From: Trichinella spiralis
Lineage: Eukaryota
DNA length: 64,000 nt
NCBI RefSeq assembly: GCF_000181795.1
Contig: NW_003526943.1
Location: 5,635,806-5,699,805, forward strand
Reading direction: 5' to 3'
Shown: positions 21,001 to 35,500 of the stretch, piece by piece
How the letters are laid out: every line of letters begins with the position of its first letter
How positions within the stretch are numbered: position 1 is the first letter of the stretch
Notes under the pieces: generated by a model
Seen by the model: only the letters and a program-made list of their open reading frames with translations
The model's database searches: none
Told to the model about the DNA's origin: nothing
Made by a program: the position numbers and the translations under genes

Positions 21001-22810
21001 TGCATATACCAGGCTTTTTAAATGGTAATTTACGTCCAGTGGATGATGTTCAGGATAAGGAACACTGTCTGGATACAAATTTATCCAGTTGCTTCCAGAC
21101 ATATCACCTGTGGAAAATTTAACTTAATGTAAAAAATAATATGAATTCAGTGCTTCATTACCAAGCAGATGAGCTGGAATTTGTCCATCTTGATGCATGA
21201 AAGAAGCATATTGCTTTCGAAGCTGATTCCTTATATAAGCATGTAGTTGATCATACAGTGGTCTAACTTCATCATATATTTTTTCTAGTAAATTGATCAA
21301 ATTCACCTTTTCACCATAAGTATTTTGCCAGATTTCACCACCATGCTTCAAGCCTTTATATTTAAAAATAAATACGACGTGTATTGTAGTATATATAAAC
21401 TTATTTACCATTAAGTTTGGCAATTTCATTAAATAGCTCTACCATTTCTAAATAACTTTGCTTCATTGGAGGTCCAACTGCATTACGCCAGGCTAGCCAT
21501 ACGTAATACAGTTCGTTCACATCATGACTTGTTGCCATGATGCGCTGTAAATCTAAATAAAAAAACCATCATTTTATTATGAACAGTATATTTTCATAAT
21601 GTATATTTTATTTTTAACCAGGTTCCAGAGGCATTGTACAAGGTGGTGGGCGACTCGGCTCACAAACAGTTCCGTCTGCAAATACTTGATTAATTTTTGC
21701 TTGAACTGAAATAAACTAAAAACAGAGCATTCATTTCAAAATAATTAATTTGCCATCGGAATTACTTGTTCCAGCTTTTTTTCTGGCAACACGTAGATAC
21801 CCTCTTGTGAAAGATTTTTAATTTGTTTCTTTGCTTTTTTATTGTGAATCGAGTTCAAGTTGAACTGTTTTGCTCTTTTTGCACTAATGTGCAAGAATTC
21901 TACTACAGTTTTATCCATTTCAGCCTTAAACATACAATATTAAATATCAAGCATGATTTATTGCTGTAAACCAATGCTTTCAAAACACAGAACAGCCAAA
22001 GTTGTTTATTTTATTTACATAAAAAACAAAAGCAAATAAATTTTCATATGTGCAGTTACGATTCAGATTTTGAAAATAAAGAAGAATTTAAGCGCTTTAA
22101 ATATAATAAAGCAATGCTCTATATGCAGCAACTATATGCTCTATAAAAGTATAAAGAATCAGTTTTCAAATGTACTAAAAACGTTATTCTTAATCATTAG
22201 AAAAATAATTGTAAATAAATTAACTGTGAATTATAAAAATAATAAATTATGAATTGTGAATGAAAACAATTCAAAGCGTAACACATTTTAAAGTTATCTT
22301 AATTTAAATAACTCTTTAAGGAAAAGCAACAACGTTTTTAATGATGCAATTGCTTTTTATATTCTCACTTACCAATTCTTTTCTGGTGTTTGCAGTCATG
22401 TTGGTTAAGAAACACCATCCTGCTTCGGCAGATTTTGAAAATACCTCTTCAGCTTGTTTGTCATAATCAACAAGAAATTTTAAAGCAGCTGTTTCATCAT
22501 TCACAGAATTCGGCTCCAAAATATCGCTTGCATTCCAATAGGGATCATCACGATTAACCGTTCCGCCGTTTACTGTTGGTATGTTGATAGAATTTTGTTG
22601 CAAATCACTTGAAATATCTCCGCCATTTCCAGACAACAAACGACTGATTAATTCATTAACAACATTTTCTGAAGCAATTGCTTGGGGTGGTGCTCTGGTG
22701 GTGCCATCCGGGCGTTGGCTTGAGCTGAGCGTAATGAATACGTTCAGCAAAAGCCAACACCCGTTTGTGAAGATAATTTGACTGTGTGAAGGAATGGCTG
22801 CAGACTGTTG
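18096..22810 (-). CDS. acn-1: ACE-like non-peptidase (nematode ACN-1 type, M2 fold); first exon not resolved
   Basis: Exons 22373-22810, 21766-21924, 21619-21715, 21409-21552, 21162-21353, 21010-21107, 20786-20955, 20250-20473, 20052-20196, 19653-19751, ~19467-19590, 19062-19336, 18751-18873, 18320-18421, 18096-18205. ACE motifs present: WLAWRNAVG, PLYDQLHAYIR, IPAHLLG, WWEYRMKYQG, QFQ. HHEMGH is replaced by IRQMTS. A Cys-rich module and a hydrophobic C-terminus follow. Confidence 0.9.
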
Positions 22811-25489
22811 CTAGCAGAAATAAATAATCACTTTTCTAAAATGATTTAGAATTTGTAAAATGTTTAGTTGGTTCTAACTGTTGCAGTTTTAAGAACTCCT
22901 CATAAATATTTAAATGAGAATTTTTAGTGTAAAGCATTTGAAATGTTCTAATATTAAATTTATAGAAAGGAGCACTTTTCAACGACCCCGTTTTCAAAGG
23001 ACCTTTTTGCAATCAGCGCTTTCATTGTCACTGAACGACATAAACTTGCATTCATAACGAGGCAACGCTTAAAACTCTCAAAGCTGTCGATTGCAACTGC
23101 CCAAAGACAGTGTTTGACAATAGAAAGCCTACCAACTGTAAAACTGAAAGGCATTTTACATTTAATTTGGCTCTCATTCAAAAAATAATAAATTTAGTCG
23201 TATGATCTAGATCTAGATCTAAAAAAATTTTATTATCAATAACAAAGACTGAATGCTGAACGTTTAAGGCAAAAGTTTCTTGCTTTTATCTTGTCCTTTT
23301 TACTGCGTCATACAACAGAAGAACCACTATCATAATTTTCTACTAGAATAAAATTCAGAAATAGCAACCATATTCAAAAAATTGCAAGGTGATGAATGAA
23401 AATTTCTTACGTGATTTCTGAAATGTAGTAAAAAGCTTATCAGTGAAATGAATGATTATATTGATGTTCATGTTTAGCGGATATTGGTCAAAAACCAAAA
23501 AATATTACTACAGAAGTAGTGCTGTTTTAAAACAAATCAAAATGCTAATAACTACCGACGTGCTTAGAGATAGTGAATATTAATAGCTGTGTACTTCAAC
23601 AAAATCAGGACAAAATGTGTTTTCATGTATTAGAGAAAGATATCTTTTTGAAAAAAAGTCGGATGAATGAAGAAAACAAACGGCGAGTAAAGCTAAGCTT
23701 TAAATTCACAATAGCCTTCAGAGAAAATTACGCATAAGGGAAAATAAGAACCTACAAAAAAAAACAGAAAACGTGAGTAACTACAACTGTACCAGTCTTT
23801 TATGGCAAGAAAATCAGTAAAGAATCACAAGAGTCCCAAATCGTGAGGCAGTTTGCTTTATTTAAATCAGTGAAACCAGATTCAGTATTCGCATTAAATA
23901 AGAAAAGCAAAATGTTCAAGAATCTGATTTATTTCACTAACAAAAGTATTATATTTAAAAAACTTAAAATCGTCTAACGGTATAATTTTATTTGTTTCAT
24001 TAGTAAATAAGCTTTTGCAGTTTTTTAGTTTTAAATATAAAATTCAAGCCGTTTGTTGCGTAACTTTTAATTACATTTACACTTTGATCAAAATACAATT
24101 TTATCTTTTTATTTCATAAAAATATGACATATCAGAATTTGATGAAAATCATAATAGGGATGACATAATAGTCATGCGTTAATATGCAGTTTACTATTTT
24201 TATCATCTGTATCATTTTATGTGTTTTGATTATTTAATGTGCTTTAAAATGCAATGGATAAAGAGATTAACAAAAAAGTGACCATCTACAAGTGATGACT
24301 TGTTGTAAGATTATAAAATATAATATCAGTCAGTTTCTCATTTTAATAGAAGTGAATAATAAGTACTACCAAATCAGATGATTAAAATTTAAAGTTATAA
24401 ACAAAGTAACTGAGTAGAATAAATAAAGTAAAATAGCAGAGTTTTTTAAGACGCAAAAAAAATTTTGCTCAAAAGCAGTTTTGATGCTGCATTCTTATTT
24501 GCTCTATGTCACAATTCAATTCAACACAGTTGCATTATCATTTGCTTTTTGAACTTTGCTGACTTGGAAAAAAAAGCTCAAAGTATGCAGTACAAGTAGA
24601 AATAATTTTGCTGAAGATACATTAAATATTTTGATAAATATCAATTTCATTTTAATAAGCATATTGAATCTAAAGCATTATTTGCAAAGTAAACTTTTGT
24701 AAATAAAATTTAAAAAAAATTACGTTTTATTTTATTATTTTATTAAAAATTATTACCAATTCTATTTAATAAAAAACTATTGCAAATGCAAAACATATAC
24801 CAACAGACTTTTTAACGGTTTAAAAATTAAGTTGTTTTCATTTAAATAAACGAGTAACCTTGATAATTCAAGTGAAGGTTCAATTACGCGTCGTATGATT
24901 GTGCTGCATCACATGATTGTTTCTTTATTTGAAACACATAATTACACGAGATGCAATTTTAAAAAGCCCTATTTGAACAACAAAGTTCCAATGACGACAA
25001 ATTCGATGTTTGATTAACATACTGCACGCTACAATAATAAATTTTCAATATTATTCCAAATTTTATTCTATTTTTAAAAATTTATCATCAATAACAAATT
25101 GAATAAAGATATTTTCAAAGCTCTGTTTTGCATAAAATCAAATGTAGCATATTTAAATTGCAAAATTTTTTTTGCATCATTTTCAAAAATGGTTGAATGG
25201 CAAAGTTGCACAGTTGAAAACAGTTCATTGAACCTGAAATTGCAAATTTTCTACGAAAGAAGTAAAACACATCTTTTGCATTTTAATGATATTTTTTAAA
25301 TTAAAAATTCAAGAATCAATATTTACTTACTAGGGTTTTGTTTATAAAACTTGATGCTGTTCTTGAATAAGAAGCACTTGAGTTAAGAATTGTAATATAT
25401 ATATATATATATGCGGGTGTTCGTGAACGTGTGGTTTTATAAGTATATGCAATGTAAGTATTATTTTTGCGGACTTGGATTATGCAACT

Positions 25490-25690
25490 AGTCAGTGACA
25501 GGATGTTCGTCTAGGACAACAACGCAATGATGCCAAGTTGAGATGGCAAATGCTTTGACGTTGCTAAATCATGCCAAGGTTGCGCTTATGCGCCGTCTGG
25601 TGTTCTACAAAAGCAGACTGGCAAGTTGAAATCTTGGTCGATGCCCTCAGGGAAAATTGAATACTGGCCATCGTATATGTCGACTGTCGT
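25490..25690 (+). mobile_element. Possible fragment of a gypsy integrase (zinc finger into start of core) beside a (TA)n tract
   Basis: GC-richer patch translating DVAKSCQGCA...KQTGKLKSWSMP and, after a frameshift, ILAIVYVD. This resembles CxxC...GxL...P...I.iD of gypsy integrases. Confidence 0.35.
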
Positions 25691-28600
25691 TATGAATCCT
25701 CGTCTTGCAGGATTGTTAGCACTTTTGTCCTTGCAGTTGGAAATTTGCACCGCTGCAAGTTTGCAATTCTAGAATTTGCTTGTTTTTTTCTTGCTACCCC
25801 CTTGATGCTATAAATTAATCTTGCTTGCATCATCATCATCATCACTACAACCATCATAACCGCATTACAAATGTGATTCTTGAACAAGTTTATTGTTTTG
25901 CAAAATTGTCAGCAATCAATTGTTCAATGGCACTGAAAATTATGAATAATATATTTTCCAATGAAAAGTTTGCTAAATAATATGAAAATGACATTTCTTT
26001 TATTGTCAACAAAACACAGCAACAAGTTTGGTGAAGAATATTGGCGCCGTTGATCAAAATAACATGCTTTTTGCATTTGCATTTATTGCTGTTGTTGCTG
26101 TCAAAATTAATAAGCAATATTTTGAAATTTTGTGTCAGAAAAAAGACTTTTATTGTCAACAATGCTCATAACATTTCAAAATATTGAACAACTTTCTTAA
26201 AATTGAGCAAAATTTATTTTAAAATTTATGCATCAATTTTAAACTTCATTTGTTGTCATCTAAGCAAACACGGATCTAATGAATATGATCCTGATGTGTG
26301 AAATTTTTAAAATTAAATTTTTTCACAAACAGTAAAATGGTCAACGTATTAAAAAAATTTATTTGGAAATATCAATAATATTATGTTTGCATTAACTGTT
26401 GTCATGCATTTGGAAAAATCAACATCAAGGTTTCAGCATGCATCATACTTGTTGCTTGAATTATTTGCAATTATGCTTTATCATTTAAGTTCATATGTGC
26501 TTGTTTCAAATTATACTAACTGCCAATGAAAACAATGAAAGCGTGATTATCTAGTGCAATTTCAATGTATAACGCATTTTTACAAGAAGTTTCCTAAATT
26601 ATTTTGAAAATACCGTACTGAACTTAATTTAAAGAACATCCTTTATTTGCATTTGTTTATTCAAGCTTAAACAGTGAAATAATTTTTCAAAGGCAACGTA
26701 CAGAAAAACATGTTTCATACAGTATTTAACCAATTAATTTATTAATTGAAGAGATGACTGAAATATTAAAAGTTACCAATTAAGTTAAATTCAATTACAT
26801 GCATATCTTATAAATTTTATCACTTTTTCAATTCATATATATTTATATTGAGCTTTAGTTTTCTGAATGTTAATTTTAAAGCATCTTTCATTTATTTTTG
26901 TTGTTTAAAGCAGACATTTTCTACAATTATTGATTTTCAATCTAGTCTAAATTATATTATGAAAAATGAAAGAATTTCATGCGTAAAACATTCTGCAAAT
27001 TGTTTAAATAAGAAAAAATTTTAATATTTGAAGAAAAAATTAAATATATTTTTTCTTATTATCCACTTTTCATTTCTTTATTCAGACTAAATTCATGCAC
27101 TGAAAAATTTTCCTTTTCTTCATGTTTTGGTGCATTGTGCAAAAATGCGTGATACGACTTCTTATTCTGCCTTGAAAATATTTCAAGCATCACCGCTATT
27201 AACCTGCAATTATACCCGCTTTGAAATTATTGTTTGCTTGGCCGCTTTAAAGAACAGTGACAAAAGAAAGTTTCCATGAATAAAAAAAGCAATAAATAAA
27301 TAATAATAATAATTTCTATTATTCTTGCAAAAGAAAGAGCACTAACGTTTGTGCACCAAAAATTTCACGACACAACAAATTTAGTCTACTGCAGAATCGT
27401 GGGAGCTGAAAAATCTATTCAAAAGAATAAAAGTGATTTATTCTGTGCCTTCAGAGTTCAATATAACTCGACATTAAACTTCCCATTTTTCAAAATTTTC
27501 CTCCAAATAATAATAAAATCAACAAATATTTAAGTTGTTGTCTTTTTATATACTTTTATTACCGATGTTTGATTATTACTCAATTTTTCTCAATTATTAA
27601 CTTAATTTTAGCAATAACTTTCTGCTATTAATTCCATGTATTAATTATGCAATTTTAAAGATAATTTTTAAAGTTTTAAGTTATCAATGAAATAAAAAAT
27701 AATGCTATTGCACAGTATGTGTAAAGATCTGATAATTGGTTCTGTTTATAATTATTAATATTGTATAAATAAATAAATATATAAATAGAAACTTGTGTGT
27801 AATATTATCTGAAAAATCATATCATCTAAACACGAAGCAGTTGTCTGTGATTTTATCTTATTTTTCAATGCTGACAGGTCATCGACAGAACTGCCTATAT
27901 GAAGGCGTTACAGCTAATGAATTTGGAACAAAGTTCAACGGAAATCAATTTATAAACATAATAGCATTTGATTTTTCAAACAGACTGATGTTCAGTTTAA
28001 CGAATCATTTATTATAGCTGATATTTCTATCAAATTATGATTCCAATAATGCAATATTATATCCTAATTAAGATTTAAATTAATTGGCATAGATTAAAAT
28101 CTTTCTCTTTTTAGTGAAAAATTGTATAAAATTTACATTAGTTAAAAGCTTCATGAAATGTTATTTATGCCATTTACGATAATTAAAAATTAAAAGTTAC
28201 AGTTTTGCTATTTTAAAAAGTGCATAATAAATTAAATGATGATCAGTTTCCTGCAGTTCTCAAATTTGCATATTTGTTAATTGCTAATTTTTCTAGCAAC
28301 AAATTTAAAAAAAGGCAATGCAAACAAATATTTTTTCAGAACAGTTCATTTAACTAATTTCTATTAATAAAATAATACATAATATATACATATATGTATA
28401 TTTATTTATTTGTGTAATATTTTATGCAATTTAGTATGCAACATGGAATATAATTAAAAAAAAGGACTAAAATTCTTGAAATATTGATCAAAGTTGAACT
28501 AACTGAAGATTAAAATTTATAAGTAAATTATAAAAATAACTTAAATGATGAGCAGAGTAATAAATAAGTTGATGCGCTATAATTGCCGTATACTTATGCA

Positions 28601-31521
28601 CAACTCGCAGAAACAAATTTGTATACATGATGTACTTAAAAATGAAATAAATCATGAAGTACAACCAAATTATCTTTTTTGACAGTAAGTATGTCAACGT
28701 TTAATGTAAAGACATATCTGTTAAGTTTTAAATAAGTAAAAATTAAAATATTTTCATGAATATTTTAAAATAATTTAATTCCCATTAAAAATAATCAGCT
28801 GAAAAAATTTTTAAGCAGCATTTCATTTAATTATACTAATTATTCAACATTTACAGTTTTTGAACTTAATTTTTAAACGTTAACAGTCAAATATTACAAA
28901 GGAAGCAGCAAAAATAAAAAGCAATGATGGAAGAGGAAGTTTACTATATACAGTCTTAGAGGTAAAAATTTACCATAAGCAAACATATTTACAAAATAAC
29001 ATTGAGCTGATCATCTTTTACACATTGGAAAACAAGCATGTCTTTGATTTAAATGAAATTAATGCTTAATTATGCAAATGCATATGCTTATAATTTTGAA
29101 ACATAAAATGCATAGATTCATTTATCCTTATGATTACAGCTTTATTTTACATCATTTTTTATATAAATTAAAAATTAAAAAGCTAACTTAATTTTTGGCA
29201 TGAATACTGGTTTGAAAGTTATTTAATTAACTGCATGTGATAATAACCGACTGGGTTAATAAAAAGCAGCAAACTATAAGAATTTTATTGTATTATGTTG
29301 CAATGTGTTTTATTGTAATGTGTTGCAAAACGTGACAACAAAATAATTTTAAGCAGATCTTTTACGATTCATTGAATATAATTAACTTCATAAATTTAAT
29401 ATGCAAACTGCTATGAACTTAATATGTAATTTAAACTTTAACAAAATACATGCTTATGTTAAAGTATTCATTTAGTTATAATTGCATTTTAATTTATTTA
29501 GTTAATGCTTAAAAATGGCTAATACTTATACAGTATATATACTTTATATAGTTAATTGTTTATTATTATGGCTAATTTATATTGTGTATTCTGTTTCAGA
29601 AGTGAAATGTAAAATTTATAAAGTAATGAAAAGGCAGCTCGTTAGTAATACAATTATGTTGTGCAAATAAGAAGTGGACATTTTATTTGTCTTCTTTTCT
29701 TTAAAATATCGTTGGAAATAGCATGCAGTTTGAAGTGTACTGTACTTTTGTTAAGACAATGCATTTAAAATGTGACTTGGCATTTCAAAAACATTTGAAC
29801 TTTACCACACCACTAATATATATAAAATAAATAAATGCAACATAGACTGTAAAATCGTAATTAAATAAAAAAATTTGTTCATGAACATTCTAGCTGCTAA
29901 GTTTTCATCATCATTATGCATAATTCAATTCATTTTTCATTTTTGTCAAAATTAATAAATTTATTCATCTGTCAAAGCATAATAGTTTAAACTATTGACA
30001 TCTGCAGATAACTGATCTGACTTGATCAACCATCAACGTTTTCTAGTATTTTTTTAAGCATCTACACATTAATAATGTGAAAGGCAATAATCAGTTTTAT
30101 TTATATGCTAAAAAATAAGGGACAAAGAGAAAGCACATGAGAATTCACTTGATATTTCAATTCCCAAAATGGCTTTGTTGATGGATGCGCATTTGAGGAA
30201 ACTGAAACAAAGTGTCCAAATGTTTCGCTTTTATAATTTGATTAGTTCATTCTGGTATTTACTCAATTTCAGTTATAGTAAAAAGTTTATAATTGATCAT
30301 TATTTCTGAAATTGCCTCCAGAGTGTTGAAGAAAAAGTTTCAGATATTGGAAGAAGATCAGGCTGTTGTATTCAATTATTTTGGCAAATAATCGAATCTC
30401 TTTAACACTGCACTGCTGAGATTAAAAAAACAATTAAGAAAGACAACATCAAAAAATCTCTTGTTCCGGCATAAAAATCGAAGTTCATTCTCAGAAAAAG
30501 CATATGTCATAAGCGCCTTCAAATTCATCTCCAAAGATATTTACATAAAAGTGCGTATTTTAAATTGTATTTATAATTTTTCATGTTTAAAATTCTAGCT
30601 AATTAAAAAATAATGTAATTTTATAAATTTTCAGTTACCCTTATAATACTTTACATTTAAAATGGTGATCTGAACAAAATATGTCAAAGTAATATGTAGA
30701 GAAATTATAAGTACATCAATATCTTCTAAAATTCAGAATACCAAAGACTAATTTTTTTAATTTTTATTTATTTTCTCATATTATTGCTTAAACTGACTGT
30801 ACGGCAATAAGTATTATGTGGTATGAAATATCACTGCTATTTTTCAATTTTGAAGGTTACCTACAAAACTTGAAGTATAAACCCTAATTTACTTCTTTTG
30901 AATTTAAAACATTTAAAATGACAGGAAAAAATCCATTTTAGAAAATAGTATGATGTTCTCTTAATGTTTTATTTCTCTTCAGATTAGCTGTAATTTTTGG
31001 TAATGCATTCAATGTGTTTAGCTTTTTAAAGTGTAAAATTAAATCATATCTTCAATAATGCTTAATTTGAATTAAGCAATACATTTTATATGTGATACTA
31101 AAAATATTATGAATGGTTATGAACTTAAACAATTATAAAACATTATGATTAAAATTTAAATGAAAACTGATTTATGATTTATGATATTGATGATATGATT
31201 TATATTATTATAGCATATCAAACATATGTGAACGGTACTTCATAAGTCGAATGCATTTTTTGTTATCTTACAAATTATCATTGTTAACATGGTATTTTTG
31301 AAACATGCATTACATGTTGTGCTTTTACTAAAAAGCATTTATGTAAATTCGAACGAACTGTGATTAATTTCCAAGAATGATTATTGCTATATATATTTAA
31401 TTGACCAAATGGCTCAGCGGTTTCCTTTTATGTTTTACCGACCTGGATCTTAGTCCTATCCGTTTCAACGTCATCACAGACGTTACGTCTTTGATGTTAC
31501 CGGTTAAGGCAAGATGGTTAG

Positions 31522-31554
31522 AGGTCAGGGGTCACAATTATTAATTCAGGGTCA
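31522..31554 (+). promoter_or_regulatory. Nuclear-receptor DR1-type element plus a third half-site
   Basis: AGGTCA-G-GGGTCA at 31522-31534 and GGGTCA at 31549-31554, about 1.05 kb upstream of the eve ATG. Confidence 0.3.
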
Positions 31555-32582
31555 GTCACTAGAACAAAGCTGCATACCTCACTTTCATCTTCACTTATTA
31601 CTATTGGATTGTAAATTACTAATTTGTAATTAATCTCTTATATTAGAAAAACTGAAAATTGAGCCATGAAATTGGCAGCAAGACGCTTTTAAAGAGGTTG
31701 TTTATTTTATTTGACACATCATGAGACTGCATTTCTAGCTTTAGTTCATTTATTAGTATAATATTAATTAAAAGAATAAATTGCAAGTGGCCATTCTACT
31801 AGTTTGAGCAATTTTTAATTCTTTAATTATAAAAATAATTAAATAAATAGCATTTTGAAAGCATGATATCATAACAACAATGAATTACAAAAATAATAAA
31901 TAGAATCATAAGTAATCACAAATGTACATGATACAAAATAATGGAAATAAATTAAAAATTGTTATCTTTAAAAGTAATACTTATTGAAAAATGTTTCCTC
32001 AAATGAAATATTTATATTAAATTATGTATTCTGAGAAATCATTGTTTACACACATATACATCGCATGTATGTCATTGCATATGCAGATTAGATGCAGTGC
32101 AGATTAAGCTTGATTTCAATTTCTATATGGAGGAAAGCTTTCATTTAATAAAATTGTATTTGAAAATTTATGTTAATAACAAAAGATTAAGGCTGAAGAT
32201 GTTTTGTATATAAAACTTTTTAAAACTGTTTATTTGTATTAAGCAATTTTATTGCAAAATGTATTTTAAATAATCAGCTACATGTACCTAACAGTCATGA
32301 ATATTGTGTAGTGAAGTTTGATTATGAATATTGCTATTAAATAAATATTAACAACATTTAATAATAAAATATTATTTTATTTATAAAATTATGATAAATT
32401 CATTCAAGAATAACTAAATCATGTAGATATGAGAAGCTACGTAGGAGGCAGACTTTTTGCCCCGCCTTGAAATTTCATTGGTCATTGGTCAATTGATTTC
32501 TTACTGTGGGAATGCATGTTCTACATTTCCAAGTACTAATGATGAGAAACTGATTTTCTTAGCATTCTGATGACAGTGAGTG

Positions 32583-35500
32583 ATGCAGCCGTTTGCACAT
32601 ATTGAAAGCTTGATTCTTGCGGATTCTCAAAAAATTGACCAGAAAGCACAGAAGACAAAGCTGACGACTAATGATGCAGCAGATACACTGTTTATCAATG
32701 AAGAAAATACAGGGGCGGATAATTTATCACACTTTAATTCTGCAGACAAAATGATCAATCGAAAACTTTCTACTTCAACAACAACAGCAGGTAATAATAA
32801 ATAAATTCATTTGTTATTTTAAAATTTTTGTTAAAGCCGTATTTCGTTCAAGTAAATCTGATTACTGACTTTACTTGCTGAATGCAACATAATTTTTAAA
32901 ATATTTTTTTCAAAGAAAAGTATATGAATAGAGGTTTACAGAAATTTAACTTTCTCATAATAACTTATAATAATTTCATGCTATAAGATATATTTAAAAA
33001 TTACTTTAAGTTTTTACGTTATTACAGCATTCATATATTTTGCTTACTTTTTTATTTTCTGGTTGGTTTAAGTCCCTGTTTATACATTCATGTGGTTTCA
33101 AAGGGAATTAAAATAGATGTTCTCAACTACTAAATTCTTAAAACTTTTAAGACATTTGATAAGTAATAATTAAAAAATAAATTAGTACTGTATCTTATTA
33201 CTACCTGTTACAGCTGCATGAATAAACACAAAACTGAAAAGTGTTACAGTAATAATAACGCAAAACTTATCATTTTAATAAAATAAAAAGTAAAGCATTA
33301 ATCCAATGTTAATTTTAATATAGTACTTTTAAATTTTATTTTTGTATGACTTTGCTTATTGATGTTAAAATAAATATGCAATAACGAAATAAAATATTCC
33401 ATTTTCAATTTAATTTCAATAATAATTAATGTAAGATGAATAAAACTATCGATAATTATATGCAATATATGAATAATTATAATATATATTTAAGATAAAT
33501 GCGCATTTGATATACAATTTCTGAAGGAAAAAATTTAAGAATTAAAAATTTGTGCAAATGATAGAATTATCATACGGAATGTAAAAGATTCGATAACAAA
33601 AACTGAAGTTCATTAGTGCTGAAATATTTCAATAAATTATTTTATTTGTGTAATAAATTGAAAGCATGAAATTACACGATAGCATTAAAGTTAAACAATA
33701 TGCATTTATATTTTAAGTTTCAATTATGATATTCACAAAATTTTGTAAAGTTTCCGTTTTCCATTTTTAATTGTAAATTTTGAATATTCATAATTAAGTA
33801 AATTCAAAATATAAAGTTAATTGCTTTTACAATAAGGTAATACAATTCAGCAGTGCAAGGCTGTGTTTCATCAATCTAAAATTATTTGTACATTTGACAG
33901 AATTGTATTAGAGTATTGCACTAGATCAGAATCACACTTAAATGACGAGCAGGTAAAATTATCGCTGAACATTGAACAATGGGACCAACTGGCTAATTGC
34001 TGAACGTCTCATTTAATTGAACTTAACCAAAATGGCTTCTTAGGTTGCCCATTTCCAGTATGTCATAAAACAGCTAGTCAAAGATGGCGCAGTGCCATAC
34101 ATAAATACTTAGTTTAGGGTTTTTCGTTGCATTATTTACGTCGTTTTGGACAAATTAACCAACTGACGAGCAGTAAATTAAGCAGCATACCAGACTGTAG
34201 CAATTTATTGCTTTTTAGTTTTATGCGTCCAGTACTTATAGAAAACTGAAAAGCGGGACACAGAACGTCTGTTGTTTTCTCTTTAGCAAAAATTACTACC
34301 AAATTATGGCTATAATTCAATCTGGAATTTATTAGTATATACAAATGATACTGTTAATTTAGAATTACTTTTTAATTTTGCTACTGCATTACAATATAGC
34401 TATAATACCTGGGGCTGTTTATGAGTAATTTGAAAAATTCTTAAACATCTGTGTAAAAATATACGAAGCATTTTGCAGTCTTATTGGATCATAGCAGAGC
34501 ATTCTGATACTGAAAAATCAAGGACAATAGTTGAGATGAGGTTGGGTGAGTTGTATGTTATGTTAGGTCAGAAAGATGTATGTATTTTCTCACAGTGATA
34601 TGAAAATGTTTAAACAAGCATAACTGAAATACTTTACTGGCCAGTCAGTTTTAAACTTCCCTCATACAGTAATAACTTTTACGATGGTCTCATTGGCAGT
34701 GATGTCAAGGTTCATCATCTTTCCAGTTCATACAATACTTTTATTACTTTAACAAGCGTCCGACGACATGACGATTGATAGGCTCTAATTTTTTCACTGG
34801 CTGTCAATGGCATTTAATGCCTTAATTGTGCGCAACTGCTCCACCTAATTCCTTTTCAATCTTGTACTCCCTGCAGGCGGGTGGTCGTTTCATTGCTGTA
34901 CACAATGTAAACGTTTCTGAATCTTACTGTAAACAACTACATTAAACAGTTTTCGACTGTTAATAATTCATTTAAAACAACATTTGAAACGTTAATTGAT
35001 ATTAAACATTTGACAAAGATAATTAATAGATAACTGGAAAAACTGAATATAACCAAGCGCATGAGGCACAATCAATGATAATAAAAAATTCTTTTAAATC
35101 TTTATTATTTTATGATGAGTCTGCAAAATAACGTTAATTATGCTTCTAAAAGCGCTGCATTGCTAAAAAATACTCTCAAAACAAAGTACAACAGAGAATC
35201 AGCATGTAAAAAAGATTCACTTAAAATACGTAATCACTATCGGGAGATAAATGAAATTTATAACTAAAAGTAGCTCAAGTGAAACAATCTTTTTCTTTTA
35301 AAGAAGACATAGAAATTTATTATGAAAATTTTATTATTGCCTACATTTAAATGTGGTCAAAATAACTTTTTTTAATTACACAGAACCAAAAGCAGAAGAT
35401 CAAAATGGCCGACGTTATCGCACAGCATTCACAAGAGAACAAATTTGTCGCCTGGAATCTGAATTTGCTCGGGAAAATTACGTATCTAGGCCCAGACGTT

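Noticed and set aside
30100..30540. Coding-looking patch in the acn-1/eve interval
   Set aside because: Only short frames with stops, no homology and no consistent splice chain.
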